Shown piece by piece: positions 20,501 through 30,002 of a stretch of DNA of 64,000 nucleotides. The notes below the pieces were generated by a model, which saw nothing but the letters and a program-made list of their open reading frames with translations, was not told the DNA's origin and made no database searches. The translations under genes and the position numbers were made by a program. Positions within the stretch are counted from its first letter, which is position 1. Every line of letters begins with the position of its first letter. Where the stretch lies: IMG/VR virus record IMGVR_UViG_3300028586_000786. One strand, 5' to 3'. This DNA comes from an uncultured virus (IMG/VR IMGVR_UViG_3300028586_000786) (Duplodnaviria > Heunggongvirae > Uroviricota > Caudoviricetes).

Positions 20501-22642
20501 CTTTCCGACGTTCAGCGTAGGGAATGCCACTGAACTAGGTGACAAGTTCAAGGCGGGACGCGGGAGGCCCAGGCCTTCGAGGGCGACGCGAGCGACTGGG
20601 AGGTTGCCCGATGCAACGCCGAGCTCGCCGAAATAGGCGCCCTCGGTAGCGGCTACGTAGCGCACCACGATACGGCAAGCGGCGCCGGCGGCCAAAGATG
20701 TCCCGCAGTTATTCGACTGGGCGAACTGGTCAGGACCACGAGAAATGCCGATGCCTGAGATGGTAAGAGGCTTCGTGCCCGTGTTCGACAGTGTTACGAC
20801 CTGGTCAGGCGCCGTTAGGGAGACGGGTGTTTCGGGGAACTTTATGATTGAAGGGGTTGCGGTTGCTCGAACGGCAGTGCCCACAATTTCAATGGTCGAG
20901 TTCCCACCGTTTGCGGAAGTGATTTGGAAACTGGTCTTGAACGGGCCGTCGGCGGCCGGTGCATAGCGTACCGATAGCGCACAACCAGTTTCGGCCTGCA
21001 GGGAAGACGTGCAAGTACCGAAGTCGACCGTAAGGCGGTTGTCTGAGTTCACCACCGCCAGGCCGGTAAGCGGCACATTTCCGGGGTTGCCCATGCTGAC
21101 GGTTTGTGTGGAGCTCGTGCCAGGCAACGCGACGGCGCCGAAGTCCACCGTCAGTGGCCGCACTACCAGCTGTGCTTTCTGACCCGTACCGGACAAGGGC
21201 AGGACTGCTTCACCATTCTGTGCCGTCATGACGACACGAGCGCCCAGAGCCTCAGCTTTGGTCGGCTTGAAGGATACTGAGACGGTGCAGCTAGCTTCCG
21301 GTGCCAGTTGCGTGCCGCAGTCGTTCGTCTGGGTGAAGGCTTCGGGGGCAAACTCTACCGCGACTTTTCCGATAGCTGCTGCGACCGCGCCCTTGTTCGT
21401 TACTACCGCTTGTAGTGAGCGAGATTGGCCAACGGCGACCTTACCGAATGACAGGTCCACTGGTGCGAACACCAGGAGCGGGTTAAGTTTTGGGTCGGAT
21501 GTTCCGGTGACATAGCCTTGCGCGATTAGGCCGGTGCGGGAATTATCCTGCGCGCGCGCAATCAGCTCGAACGCCGGTTGTGTTCCGGCCTTCATGGCAT
21601 TGAATGTTACGAATACGTCGCACGAAGACCCCTGCTGCAGCAAGTCTGGGCACGAGCTCGATACTGCGAAATCTGTCGTGGAGGCGAATTTCTCCAGAAC
21701 CGCTGGCGCAGTTCCTTTGTTGGACAGCACGGCCTTAAGTGTTTCCGACGTGCCGGCGCTCAAGTGGCTGAATTCGAGATTCGTAGTGTTGAACGAAAGG
21801 GCGGGCGTTAATTCCGGGTTGCTTTTGACCGTTCCGTAAAACGTAAGGAGGGCGTACTCTTCAGTCCCGGGGGACCGAAGCACCAGGGTCTTGTAGTGTG
21901 TCTTAGGCACATAAGTCTGAAGCGTGGCAGACACCGTACAGGATGCGCCTTGCTCAAGAGGTTCCGGGCAATCCGACGACACCGTAAAGTCTGACCCAGA
22001 CTCAATCCCCTGGATGCTCGCAGGAGCAGTTCCAATGTTGGTGATTCGCGCAGCCCCAGGGGTAGATTGCTCCCCCGGGTTCAGATTCCCGACATAAACC
22101 ATGTCCGGCATTAACGCGAGGCGCGGCGCTTTGAGGTCAGGTGGGTTTTCGACGGCAGCGAGCTGCAGCTGAGCTGGCTCTTCGGCGCCTGGGGCCCTTG
22201 CCACGAGTTGGAACGTTGAGCCGGCCACTGCGGCTGCTGTGGGTATCGCCGTGACTTGGCAGTAACCGCCGGCCGGCAGGCGCGCGGGGCAGTCCGACGA
22301 CACGGTGAAGGCTTCCGACGAGTCAAGGCCAACCAGGGCCGCAGGAGCTGCGCCTGAGTTGGTCAGAAGGGTCGACTGGGATTGGCGGGCGCCCCCTGTG
22401 ATATTGAATCGTAGGGCTTGCGCTGCAAATGCGAGCGAGGGAGCGCCTTCCTCCTCGGGAGTCGCGCCCGGGTCAACGTCGCCTAAGCCAGTGCCAGGCG
22501 CAGGCGTGACGGGTGGCTTAGGCCGAGATTGCCCGTGCAGTGGAATCTGGTACTGGATAGTGGCTGCCATCACAGGCTGAAGGCCTGTCAGCGCCATCAA
22601 GGCGAGGCTTATCGCTTTTTTGAACGAGGCTAAATTTTTCAT
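17510..22642 (-). CDS. large secreted Ig-like repeat protein (choice-of-anchor D/ASH-type), putative adhesin
   Basis: Signal peptide; about 13 repeats of about 105 aa with F....G......L.N.G and paired Cys (CG..LA.G.SC.V). Confidence 0.85.
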   Translation of the reverse strand: MKNLASFKKAISLALMALTGLQPVMAATIQYQIPLHGQSRPKPPVTPAPGTGLGDVDPGATPEEEGAPSLAFAAQALRFNITGGARQSQSTLLTNSGAAPAALVGLDSSEAFTVSSDCPARLPAGGYCQVTAIPTAAAVAGSTFQLVARAPGAEEPAQLQLAAVENPPDLKAPRLALMPDMVYVGNLNPGEQSTPGAARITNIGTAPASIQGIESGSDFTVSSDCPEPLEQGASCTVSATLQTYVPKTHYKTLVLRSPGTEEYALLTFYGTVKSNPELTPALSFNTTNLEFSHLSAGTSETLKAVLSNKGTAPAVLEKFASTTDFAVSSSCPDLLQQGSSCDVFVTFNAMKAGTQPAFELIARAQDNSRTGLIAQGYVTGTSDPKLNPLLVFAPVDLSFGKVAVGQSRSLQAVVTNKGAVAAAIGKVAVEFAPEAFTQTNDCGTQLAPEASCTVSVSFKPTKAEALGARVVMTAQNGEAVLPLSGTGQKAQLVVRPLTVDFGAVALPGTSSTQTVSMGNPGNVPLTGLAVVNSDNRLTVDFGTCTSSLQAETGCALSVRYAPAADGPFKTSFQITSANGGNSTIEIVGTAVRATATPSIIKFPETPVSLTAPDQVVTLSNTGTKPLTISGIGISRGPDQFAQSNNCGTSLAAGAACRIVVRYVAATEGAYFGELGVASGNLPVARVALEGLGLPRPALNLSPSSVAFPTLNVGKTSELVTLKLSNPTSETVTIGGAGLSAGQSEFGQSNNCGTSLTPGASCTVVVQWTPTSTKGSNGAWSAVSSLGTVTAYLSGQATEPKAIIEDGGSAGGSGDGGSGPSTPPVSDGFVHYSINFLNTEVGSSSAVRNVTFRNRGDGPLTIEGLSLVAGMTDFNQSNDCAKVLAPGAACTISLLFTPSALGARTGGIALLSDSGKFYFDLTGKAIGAEAKWYPDSSFDFGDVMVGSSATRYFTLVNVGTVAAKDMVVALSGVGLSLEFNNCGTTLAASGSCRVGLKYAPTAPGALVEASVAATGRLANSPAVAPLTGSAPTPALSFYTGTDGNFGPVSPGANVSRSFTILNTGRFQDTLDTVSVEGANFTVTGGTCTAGVSLGTCTITVTARTAAVGEYAATLVATSKQGAKATLPLSTRSVQATYSLSGARTENIAPATDFGSHAPGGPAAAIKYYYLRDNTNQATIATSSIRISGDSGFTVTDIYPLDHQAGYDLATALCGFDATGSTEACTTAGPGRTLRVGVKFTPGLKGSKTATLRFEHNGVQKVSELTLRAEVLMDAAGVWSRSLAATEAFQSTDLAFGTHSPGAVVEKTYYIRNTGQFGSQLVSFELTGDVGQFTIDQAYIGTSGGGTWYCVSGGDVNASKTATTPCASTDPSTNPYTHIAVRIRFAPTKKGAFQVSLKPSSGNSVTVPGSITLTGNGELNPAAEWTILNTTTQPSQADLNFGTHGRDATGVDKVFYVRNSGTHGAQSVGFKLSGDTSQFEIVQSYIATATGNTWTCTEGGVVSADKLSSSPCKATDPSNNPYSWVAVSVRYKPTTVGTAIVVLTPTTDNGTVLPSAPLTLSGTTVFDSKGAWSSNAWATTPLTAANQTYAATPVGSAVEKLFYLRNEGTKGRMSAGFTLTGDVSQFRISAVYASNSNASYYWCEGGGGAIAANGASSSPCNAWDAAAGLGNHIVISVRYTPTTAGPANVTLTPTSNNGTEMPRPITLTGTTP

Positions 22643-22686
22643 TACTGGTCAATTATTGAGGTGTACGAGGTATAGCCCCGAAGCCC

Positions 22687-22710
22687 TGTTTGCTAATTTA
22701 TTAGCAAACA
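22687..22710. promoter_or_regulatory. 11-bp palindrome, putative operator
   Basis: TGTTTGCTAAT-TT-ATTAGCAAACA next to the adhesin promoter motif (22670-22678). Confidence 0.5.
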
Positions 22711-22757
22711 AGGGAGCCGAGTAGGGTGGCGTGGCACGGTGCGCCGTCAAGTGAGGC

Positions 22758-22961
22758 CTAACGTGCAGGGTTTTTGAACGCGTGCAATGCCTCAGGGCTC
22801 AGCGCTGGAGCTTGTGAGTCGCCTTCCGGTTTTGGGGGAGGGGACACCTGGAGGGGCGCTGTAGGTGAGGCTACCGATGGCGCTACGACTGGCTCAGACT
22901 GGGGGGAGCATGCAGAAAGAAGGAGCAGTAGGCTCCCGGCGAGCAGGGCAATCTTGGCCAT
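22758..22961 (-). CDS. small Pro-rich lipoprotein
   Basis: Lipobox LSAC; TCGCTATAC 28 nt upstream. Confidence 0.7.
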   Translation of the reverse strand: MAKIALLAGSLLLLLSACSPQSEPVVAPSVASPTAPLQVSPPPKPEGDSQAPALSPEALHAFKNPAR

Positions 22962-23130
22962 TGGGACCTCGGGTATAGGGGACAGAGTGGTATAGCGAAA
23001 AACTTTATATACCCAGGGCCAGTGGGATGGCCTAACATCCCTAGGCTTGTGGTTCGTGGTGCCACGAACCAGCCTATGCGGCCGGACTGGTTCTACGGCC
23101 GAGCTAGCGAAGATTGCACTTCAAAACAGC

Positions 23131-23661
23131 CTACTCGGCTGAAGGCGGGGGCGAGGCGCTAGGCGCCGGCGCGGTATTTCGAAACGGCCTGCACGGCCGA
23201 CTACCTATCGCTTGCATGAGAATTTCTGCCGTCAGCCCTCGGTCGGCTGATTTCAGGCAGGCGGCAGAGCCAGCGCACGCACCACAGGAGACGCAGCTTC
23301 GCTTTAACTCAGGCAAGGTGTTCTGGTCCGTGCTGCTGCGCCGAGAGCAGGTTGCATCCATTGCCGCCTCGAAGGCCACGTAGCCCATCTGTAGCAGGGC
23401 CGCGCCGATGAGTTCTGCCTTGGCCATCGCTTCGGGTACATAGGCATTGCCTTCAAAATCACGGCAGTTCGCCAGGTAGCCAACAGCCCAGGCAGCGAAG
23501 GCTGATTCGTGAACGCTACTTGCGAAAATGACTTGTCCCGCGCCGGCAGGCCTGTCACCGTGCCACTCGCCAATGCTTCCTCTGCCGTCGAGGATAGTGC
23601 CCCGGACGAGAGGGGCGCCATCGGGGTCTTTTGCAACTTGGCGGATTTGGAGTTGGTACAT
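23131..23661 (-). CDS. hypothetical protein with Cys-rich segment
   Basis: ORF with AGGA SD; CxxCxxCxxxxxC near the C-terminus. Confidence 0.6.
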   Translation of the reverse strand: MYQLQIRQVAKDPDGAPLVRGTILDGRGSIGEWHGDRPAGAGQVIFASSVHESAFAAWAVGYLANCRDFEGNAYVPEAMAKAELIGAALLQMGYVAFEAAMDATCSRRSSTDQNTLPELKRSCVSCGACAGSAACLKSADRGLTAEILMQAIGSRPCRPFRNTAPAPSASPPPSAE

Positions 23662-23746
23662 GGTGCGTCCTGGCGGATAAGTTTGGAGGGCGACTCAGCT
23701 AAGCTGACCGAAAACTCCCTGTTGGGAAGGCCGGCCAGTTGGCCGC

Positions 23747-24067
23747 TTAGGGGGAGGCGTGGACTACGACACCTGCTTGTTGGAGTGCGGACCACACTTG
23801 ACCGGCGCTCCGAGGCGAGGCAAGCGTAGCCACGGCCCCAGCCTTGTCTCGAGCGTAAATGGTCATCTGCTGCACTGTGTTGTAGGCCGTTTGGATGAAC
23901 CAGATGCGGTCGAACGATTCGGGATGGTTCAGCACATTCGTCAGAAGCGCGGCCTCCAGCTTCCGTTGCTTGACCGCGGCATACACCACCATCACGATAA
24001 TGCACATTGTTGTCAGCATGAAGCCGGTCGCTAGAGAAGGGATGACAAATTGCGGAAGGTCGGACAT
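23747..24067 (-). CDS. hypothetical membrane-anchored protein
   Basis: GGAG SD; N-terminal TM. Confidence 0.55.
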   Translation of the reverse strand: MSDLPQFVIPSLATGFMLTTMCIIVMVVYAAVKQRKLEAALLTNVLNHPESFDRIWFIQTAYNTVQQMTIYARDKAGAVATLASPRSAGQVWSALQQAGVVVHASP

Positions 24068-24132
24068 ACGAATCTCCAAACATTACAGATAGATTATTTT
24101 ACCATTGCCGCGCGGAAAGTCCAGCGACGTTT

Positions 24133-24432
24133 TTAGTGGGGCTTGAGTTCAGATAACAGAAAAGCATCAGGTGAGCCGAGCTCCTTGACCTTTTCCTGGA
24201 TAAATTCGTAGACACTGTCGCGGAAGCCAGTGTCCGAGCAGCCCCATTGCGTTGCGAGACTAAGCAGGTGGCTTGGCAGGCGCCGTGCGATTTGCTCCAG
24301 GACGTCACGGGACAGGATGGGGGCGTCTTCGCCTGAGTCGTCATACAGCGCGCAGTAGCAGGCGTCGTGCAGCGAGTTCCAGTCGTGCTCTTCCATCAAG
24401 CCACGAATCATATCGAAGGTAAGGGATTTCAT
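24133..24432 (-). CDS. hypothetical protein
   Basis: GCCCTACAC 30 nt upstream. Confidence 0.55.
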   Translation of the reverse strand: MKSLTFDMIRGLMEEHDWNSLHDACYCALYDDSGEDAPILSRDVLEQIARRLPSHLLSLATQWGCSDTGFRDSVYEFIQEKVKELGSPDAFLLSELKPH

Positions 24433-24570
24433 GCGTGCTAGTTTGGTCATTGCGATGGGGCTGTGTAGGGCATTCGCTTTAGCCTGCCAGATGCCTTGCG
24501 TCGACTTGTCGGTTTCTACACTGGGTAGAAGTCGCACTCCGCGACATTGATAACCCAAATGAGGTCACAA

Positions 24571-25275
24571 ATGAAAAAAGTTCTGTTGGTAGCAATGATG
24601 GTCACCCTGGCTGGCTGCGCGGTAACGCGTGAAGGCGTTCGTGTTGGCGGCGCACCTGGTGCGTCGGAAAGCGGTATCGAGAAAGCACGCGAGCAAGCAG
24701 TGCAGAATGCTCGCACCGGCGCCGTGAAGGCTGCCGTATCGGAAGCTCTGACGCCGGACCAGAAGGTCGGCATCATCGTGGTCGGCGAAGCCGGTCCACT
24801 GCGTAAGCTGGACGTCTCGGCCCGCCGCGAGTTCTACAAGAACTACGTGAAGATGTCGGAAATGTGGCATCCAGGCACCCCTGCGTCGATGAACGAAGAG
24901 GCATTCGTCGCGATGGTCGGCGGCTGGTCGACCATGGAAACCTTCAGCATCCCTGGCGTAATGAAGCAGACGCTGCCGGCGATGGTTCGCGCAAGCGACA
25001 CCGAAACCATCGGCTTCGCATCGACCATGGGCTCGTTCCTGACAGGCGCCACCGGCGACCTGGTCGCAGCCGAGTCGAACGCTGATGGCGCTCTGGTCAT
25101 CACTACGGTGCTGTGCAAGGACAAGTCTTCGGACTACCGCGCATGCGCCAAGCAATACGCCAAGGGTCGTTATGACCTGACCGGCGGCCGTGAGCTGGAC
25201 CGTAACGCGAAGGCCAAGGAAAACGGTGTTCGCATCGACGTGAAGACGTACAAGGTCCTCTCGACCGGAGGCTAA
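24571..25275 (+). CDS. lipoprotein
   Basis: MKK...LAGC lipobox; terminator follows. Confidence 0.8.
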   Translation: MKKVLLVAMMVTLAGCAVTREGVRVGGAPGASESGIEKAREQAVQNARTGAVKAAVSEALTPDQKVGIIVVGEAGPLRKLDVSARREFYKNYVKMSEMWHPGTPASMNEEAFVAMVGGWSTMETFSIPGVMKQTLPAMVRASDTETIGFASTMGSFLTGATGDLVAAESNADGALVITTVLCKDKSSDYRACAKQYAKGRYDLTGGRELDRNAKAKENGVRIDVKTYKVLSTGG

Positions 25276-25398
25276 TCGGCATCACCTTCAATCGAAAGCC
25301 TCGCCCCTTCCCCGGGTGAGGCTTTTCATATCCGGAAGCCGGCGAACCCGATAAGCGCACATTTCTACACGAGGTAAGGACCTCACAAGGAGAATGAT

Positions 25399-26361
25399 TT
25401 GAATCGAATGAATACCCTGCTCCAGGGGCTGCAGGGCTCGATGGAGAAGGCGCTGGGGGCAATCCGCGAGGAGGCTCAGCGCATGGACCAGGCGGCGGCT
25501 TCAGCCACCGGCGGTAAGGTTGAGCCAATCAAGATGTGCACTGTGCCTGCTAATGTTTCGTATCACATCGTGGCGTTCGCGCCTAGCACGATGTATGGCA
25601 AGCCTCACTGGACGACATGTGCTAAGGCGGCGCGCGATGCCCTCGAGAAGGCTCGTGCTGACGTCGAAGCGCAGCATGCTGTCAATCTTCCCCTGCTGGA
25701 AAATAACAAGCAGGTAGTGGCCCAGGTCAAGCTCATCATGGGCAACCTAGGCGTGCCTGAAGTGACTACTCGTACGGGGTTTGCCACTGCCCGCGCACGC
25801 AAGATGACCACTACCCGAACGCGCGCCGGCTACATCGACGACCTGGATGCTGTCTGCAAGACCGCCGACTTGTACGACGAGTGCATGCGCAAGCTAGGAG
25901 AGCTTGAGGCGCGCATTAAGCGCTACGAGACGGAAGAAGCGGAGAAAGAGCGCGCGGCGGACCGCGTGCGAGAACAGGAGAAGGTCGCCCGCGGGCAGCT
26001 CACCTTGCTTGGCGCCCTCGGGCTCAAGTATGGCTGCGACCCCGAGTACGATGACGTCGTCTCGGTGATGGCCAATCGCGACAAGTATTTCGGCCTGGCC
26101 TACTGGCTCTATCGAAACCGAAACAACTGGCCTGATGGCCCAGACCGCGCTCAGCGGGGGCTCGACGGCTTCGATGTCGTAACGGAGGAGGACCGCCTGG
26201 TCGCAAACGACCTGCAGGCGCGCATCGACACATGGAGTGGAGACGGCCGAGTCTTCCGCGATTCGCCTTACGGCTACGACTACTTGTTCGCAAAAGCCGA
26301 CCAGGACATCATGCATGACTACGGCCGGCTGCAAGAGGTCGGACTCGTCCCTGAGGACTGA
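25399..26361 (+). CDS. hypothetical coiled-coil protein
   Basis: Long ORF; TTTCTACAC 28 nt upstream; AAGGAG SD. Confidence 0.75.
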   Translation: MNRMNTLLQGLQGSMEKALGAIREEAQRMDQAAASATGGKVEPIKMCTVPANVSYHIVAFAPSTMYGKPHWTTCAKAARDALEKARADVEAQHAVNLPLLENNKQVVAQVKLIMGNLGVPEVTTRTGFATARARKMTTTRTRAGYIDDLDAVCKTADLYDECMRKLGELEARIKRYETEEAEKERAADRVREQEKVARGQLTLLGALGLKYGCDPEYDDVVSVMANRDKYFGLAYWLYRNRNNWPDGPDRAQRGLDGFDVVTEEDRLVANDLQARIDTWSGDGRVFRDSPYGYDYLFAKADQDIMHDYGRLQEVGLVPED

Positions 26362-26489
26362 CCTCCCCAGTTCGCCTCGCCAGCAGCATTTTCACGACCT
26401 CCGCGAACCGGAGGTCTTTTTTCGGCTGAACACGTGCCGTGCCGGCCGACGGGAGCTATACATCGTAGGACAACATTTAAGGACTCATC

Positions 26490-26771
26490 ATGAACTCGAG
26501 CACCAACCAGTTTTGCGGCACTTTCCGTGTTGCGCCTGTCGACAAGCCAGACTACATCCGGATTGGCAAGAACGGCATGATGGTGAAATGTCGCACTGAA
26601 GGCGTGAGCGGAAACGCACGAGCTCGCCGTCGGCAAGTTCGCCAATGGAGGCGCCAAGGTCTGCGCGTTACCCCGAGCAGCCGCCCATGGGAAGAGTGTG
26701 TTGTCGAGGATAGCTCCATCCAAGCTACTTCGAAGCAATACGTTCGGCTCTTTCGGCGCCAGACGCTTTAG
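26490..26771 (+). CDS. small basic hypothetical protein
   Basis: CTATAC-N5-AGGACAAC 28 nt upstream; terminator follows. Confidence 0.7.
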   Translation: MNSSTNQFCGTFRVAPVDKPDYIRIGKNGMMVKCRTEGVSGNARARRRQVRQWRRQGLRVTPSSRPWEECVVEDSSIQATSKQYVRLFRRQTL

Positions 26772-26889
26772 CTCTGTAATTCCAAGCCACCCTCGCGGTG
26801 GCTTTTTCTTTGCCTGCGGACGTGTCTATGTAAGGAAATGGCCACCGCGAAGGGTGGCCAGCAGGAGGTCTTGCACAGAACTTGCGTTC

Positions 26890-27330
26890 TCAGTACAGTG
26901 GTAGATGCCCGGTGAATTCTTCGAGGCGACTCTTCTCGTGCGGCCCGATGGCCAGCACCGTGCGCGTCACTACGCTCCCGAATTCAGTTAGGCCCTGGTC
27001 TTCGACCAGGTGGCACCGCATCCCGGCTGCTTTTACCTTATCGTGCAGCTCCACCAGCTCCGCATCGCTCGTTACATAGACGCTGACTTTCTTGTAGTTC
27101 CCCATGAACCAGGCGTAAGCATCCTCGTCCAGAGGAATGACCATTTCGCGGCTGCCTGGCTCGCCGCGGATAACCACACCTGGCTGGTGGGTGAATGCGC
27201 ACAGCGCGCCGTGCGCCGATTGGGCCCCGATTTTACCCTTCCGCATTTTGAGGTCGTGGCGCACCACCAGCATCTGGCGGTAGTCAGGCTCGGCTGATGC
27301 CGCTTCGGTTTTTTCAATCAAGTCAGACAT
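26890..27330 (-). CDS. pth2: peptidyl-tRNA hydrolase, PTH2 type
   Basis: VVR.DLKM.KGK..AQ.AH, KKV, D.G.TE, TVLAIGP and TG.L.LY signature motifs. Confidence 0.92.
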   Translation of the reverse strand: MSDLIEKTEAASAEPDYRQMLVVRHDLKMRKGKIGAQSAHGALCAFTHQPGVVIRGEPGSREMVIPLDEDAYAWFMGNYKKVSVYVTSDAELVELHDKVKAAGMRCHLVEDQGLTEFGSVVTRTVLAIGPHEKSRLEEFTGHLPLY

Positions 27331-27504
27331 AATGTTCTTTCAGGGTCGCTCGGCGACCGTAAGGGTTCGGTCACGTGTAGGCACGAATGCCCATCTCTAA
27401 AAGAGATATTTTACCTTACTGAAAAGGAAAAAGCCACCGGGAGGGTGGCTTTGAATGAACGCGGTAGACCAGAGCCCAGCGCGAGGATACTTTTATGGAC
27501 CTGG

Positions 27505-27891
27505 TTAAGCGGGAGTCGCGGCCGCCGCAGGCTTGCGAGGAACGCGCATTTCGAAAGACGTTTCAGTGAAGCCTTGCTCGCGATATAGCGCCAGCATTGC
27601 GTCGATTTCAACCTGGGCGGTTGCCCGCTCAGCTTCCGGAATGTCCTTCAGGCCGGTGCGCAGGTCCAGGAACAGTTGGGCGCCAGCGGTGAAGGCCGCA
27701 TCTGCCGTAACCTCGGTGGGTAAGGTGCCTGTGAGGGCAATCGCCGTTGCGTGTCGGGAAAGGCAGTACTCGTATGCGCCGCGAGCAATCTTCCCGCTCA
27801 TCCACTCCGCGTACGCTGCCGAGAGATTCGCATTCAATACCGGCATCAGCGCGGTGACATGGGCCTGCAGCTTGGTGAGGTTCTCTTGCAT
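27505..27891 (-). CDS. hypothetical protein
   Basis: AAGGA SD. Confidence 0.65.
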   Translation of the reverse strand: MQENLTKLQAHVTALMPVLNANLSAAYAEWMSGKIARGAYEYCLSRHATAIALTGTLPTEVTADAAFTAGAQLFLDLRTGLKDIPEAERATAQVEIDAMLALYREQGFTETSFEMRVPRKPAAAATPA

Positions 27892-27939
27892 GATTTCCTT
27901 TGAGGCTACGGCTGTCGTAGACTGGTTTGGGCGTCGCAC

Positions 27940-28308
27940 TTACTTCATCGACTTGATGTAGACATACAGGTAGGTATCGCTACCGTCACGGCTACTCATG
28001 AGGAGCCGGAATCCTACGTAGCGCGCTTTTGGGTAATGCTGCGAGATGAACTGCTCCGGGGTCAGGTACTTTCCCTCCTCGCAGCGAACCTTGTCTTTTC
28101 CATCTGCGCACACTGCAAATTCTCCCGTATCCTTGAACCTGATGTGGTTGTCGAAGACAATGGCCGAGGACGCCACTGACGGGGTGATGATGCCCACCGC
28201 ATGGGCCGCGTCGTTTTCGGTAACGCCGTTTGATGGCGATGCTGCAATCGACAACGAACTCAGGGTAGTGAGAGCTAGGCAGGCGAAGTACTTGGTGAAA
28301 CGGTGCAT
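27940..28308 (-). CDS. secreted hypothetical protein
   Basis: Signal peptide; AAGGA SD. Confidence 0.7.
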   Translation of the reverse strand: MHRFTKYFACLALTTLSSLSIAASPSNGVTENDAAHAVGIITPSVASSAIVFDNHIRFKDTGEFAVCADGKDKVRCEEGKYLTPEQFISQHYPKARYVGFRLLMSSRDGSDTYLYVYIKSMK

Positions 28309-28349
28309 GGATTTCCTTAGGTAAGTGGGTGAATGGCAGGCGTGCGAGC

Positions 28350-28754
28350 TTACTGCCAAATGCGGGCGTGTTCGCGGACAGATTCGGAGCCGTCACTATC
28401 TGAAAAGACGTACCATTTCACGTCGTCAGGGATGCTGACGATTTTGAGCTCACGCTTGGTGTTGCGCGGCGTGAGCGCGGCGGAGCCTTCAGCACGGAAT
28501 TTCTCCAGGAGCCATTGGCAGGTACGAGCTTCTTGGTCGAGGGTCAGGAAATATACGAGCTCGCCTTTGACGACCGAGTTGGCGAAAAGTTCTTCGTCAT
28601 CTTCGTGGGCGGGAGGTGTCAGGCCCGGGACGGCGAATTCGCTCAGGGGCAGAGGTTCGCCAAACAGTTCGGGGTGCTTCTCAAAGAGCTGTTCGAGCAC
28701 CGAGCGGCGAAGCTGCAGGCCGGCCACGTAGGGGGCGATGAGGATGTCAATCAT
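28350..28754 (-). CDS. hypothetical protein
   Basis: TGGCTACAC 28 nt upstream; AAGGA SD. Confidence 0.7.
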   Translation of the reverse strand: MIDILIAPYVAGLQLRRSVLEQLFEKHPELFGEPLPLSEFAVPGLTPPAHEDDEELFANSVVKGELVYFLTLDQEARTCQWLLEKFRAEGSAALTPRNTKRELKIVSIPDDVKWYVFSDSDGSESVREHARIWQ

Positions 28755-28826
28755 GGATGTCCTTTGGTAGGGGGTCTACCGAGTGTAGCCACCTCCTGGA
28801 GCAGCTGCACGCTCTAGGCGGCCAGG

Positions 28827-29369
28827 CTACCTGGATACTGCTTTCAAAGGCTCGATGCACTGTCCATGCCGCCACCACGACACTTGCTCCCATGGCGCCG
28901 CATGCACTACGACCGAGCCGTCAGAGGTTCCGTGGGCCTGGCACGACTTCGTAATGCCGAGCATGAATTCTTCGGGCTGTGTGCCGCCTACGATATCAGT
29001 CTGACGCACCACGAGGTCAGTGTCTGGGGCGAGATTCTCCGAATATTTGAAGCCCGGTACCGCGAGGAAGGGGCACACCTTCAACGCGTATTCTGCGCAT
29101 TCCAGATGGAGCGGCAAGTCAGTGAAGTATCGGTTCTCGTGCGTGAGCGGCCCGCCAATAAAGGCCAGATGTCGGCCCATAGGCTCACCGCACAGCGCAC
29201 AGGTCCTGTTCTTGTAGGCGCTCATCCATCTCTGTGCATCCGTAATCCGGAAATCCGGCTTACCGTTGTTGTCAATTAAGACCGTTGCGGGTATAGGGTA
29301 GCCGCGGGCATCTCGAGGGCGCGACGCAAGGCGCTGCGGAATTGGAACGTCTTTCCAGGATGAGTACAT
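28827..29369 (-). CDS. phage-type Cys/His-rich hypothetical protein
   Basis: RGYPIP, CALCG, PLH.ECA.YA...CPFL putative zinc ligands. Confidence 0.7.
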   Translation of the reverse strand: MYSSWKDVPIPQRLASRPRDARGYPIPATVLIDNNGKPDFRITDAQRWMSAYKNRTCALCGEPMGRHLAFIGGPLTHENRYFTDLPLHLECAEYALKVCPFLAVPGFKYSENLAPDTDLVVRQTDIVGGTQPEEFMLGITKSCQAHGTSDGSVVVHAAPWEQVSWWRHGQCIEPLKAVSR

Positions 29370-29378
29370 ACAGGACTT

Positions 29379-30002
29379 TCAGGCAGTGAGGACGGTCACT
29401 TCAATAGGAACTTTTGGCATTTCCGGATTGATAGCACAGACCTCCCTGTCGCCAAAGAGCCACTGCACTGAATCTGCGTATTGCTCACCGAAGAACCGGA
29501 AATTGGGAGGGCAGATGACGGGGTCGAACCCCCAGGCAATAAGCCGCGCGCCGTGCTCAATGGTGACTCGAACAACCCGCGTTAGAGCACGCCGCGGAAC
29601 GGTGCCGAGGTGCGCGCAGTTGCCAAGCCGGGCCAGGGAGTCGGCTGCCGAGAACTCGTGCGAGATTTCGCGGTAATAGGCGGCTTTCTCGACCAGTGTT
29701 AAATGAGCGACGGCAGGGTCTTTCAGGCACTGCGCCAGAGCGTCTTCGTCAGCAATAAGCTGGGAGTGGTCCAGCTTGGAGGTGTCAACCTCAACGACTA
29801 TCAAATCGCCTTCCATTTGCGCGTTGGCCGCAAAGTGGAGGGGGTAGGCCGTCGTGAGATACACCGCGTCAGGTCGAGACTCGGACGTGTGCTTCCAGTG
29901 ACTGATGCCGGTTTCGTTGCGAGGCCGTAGCCCCAAGTCCAGGATGTCGTCCAAGCGTTCAGCGCGGGTCCCGTGGTAGAGGAAGGGGGGAATCTTGTTC
30001 AT
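29379..30002 (-). CDS. putative ADP-ribosyltransferase-fold protein
   Basis: LYHGT...GL.P...VYLT...A...VVEVD pattern of H-Y-type ART/Tpt1-like proteins. Confidence 0.55.
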   Translation of the reverse strand: MNKIPPFLYHGTRAERLDDILDLGLRPRNETGISHWKHTSESRPDAVYLTTAYPLHFAANAQMEGDLIVVEVDTSKLDHSQLIADEDALAQCLKDPAVAHLTLVEKAAYYREISHEFSAADSLARLGNCAHLGTVPRRALTRVVRVTIEHGARLIAWGFDPVICPPNFRFFGEQYADSVQWLFGDREVCAINPEMPKVPIEVTVLTA

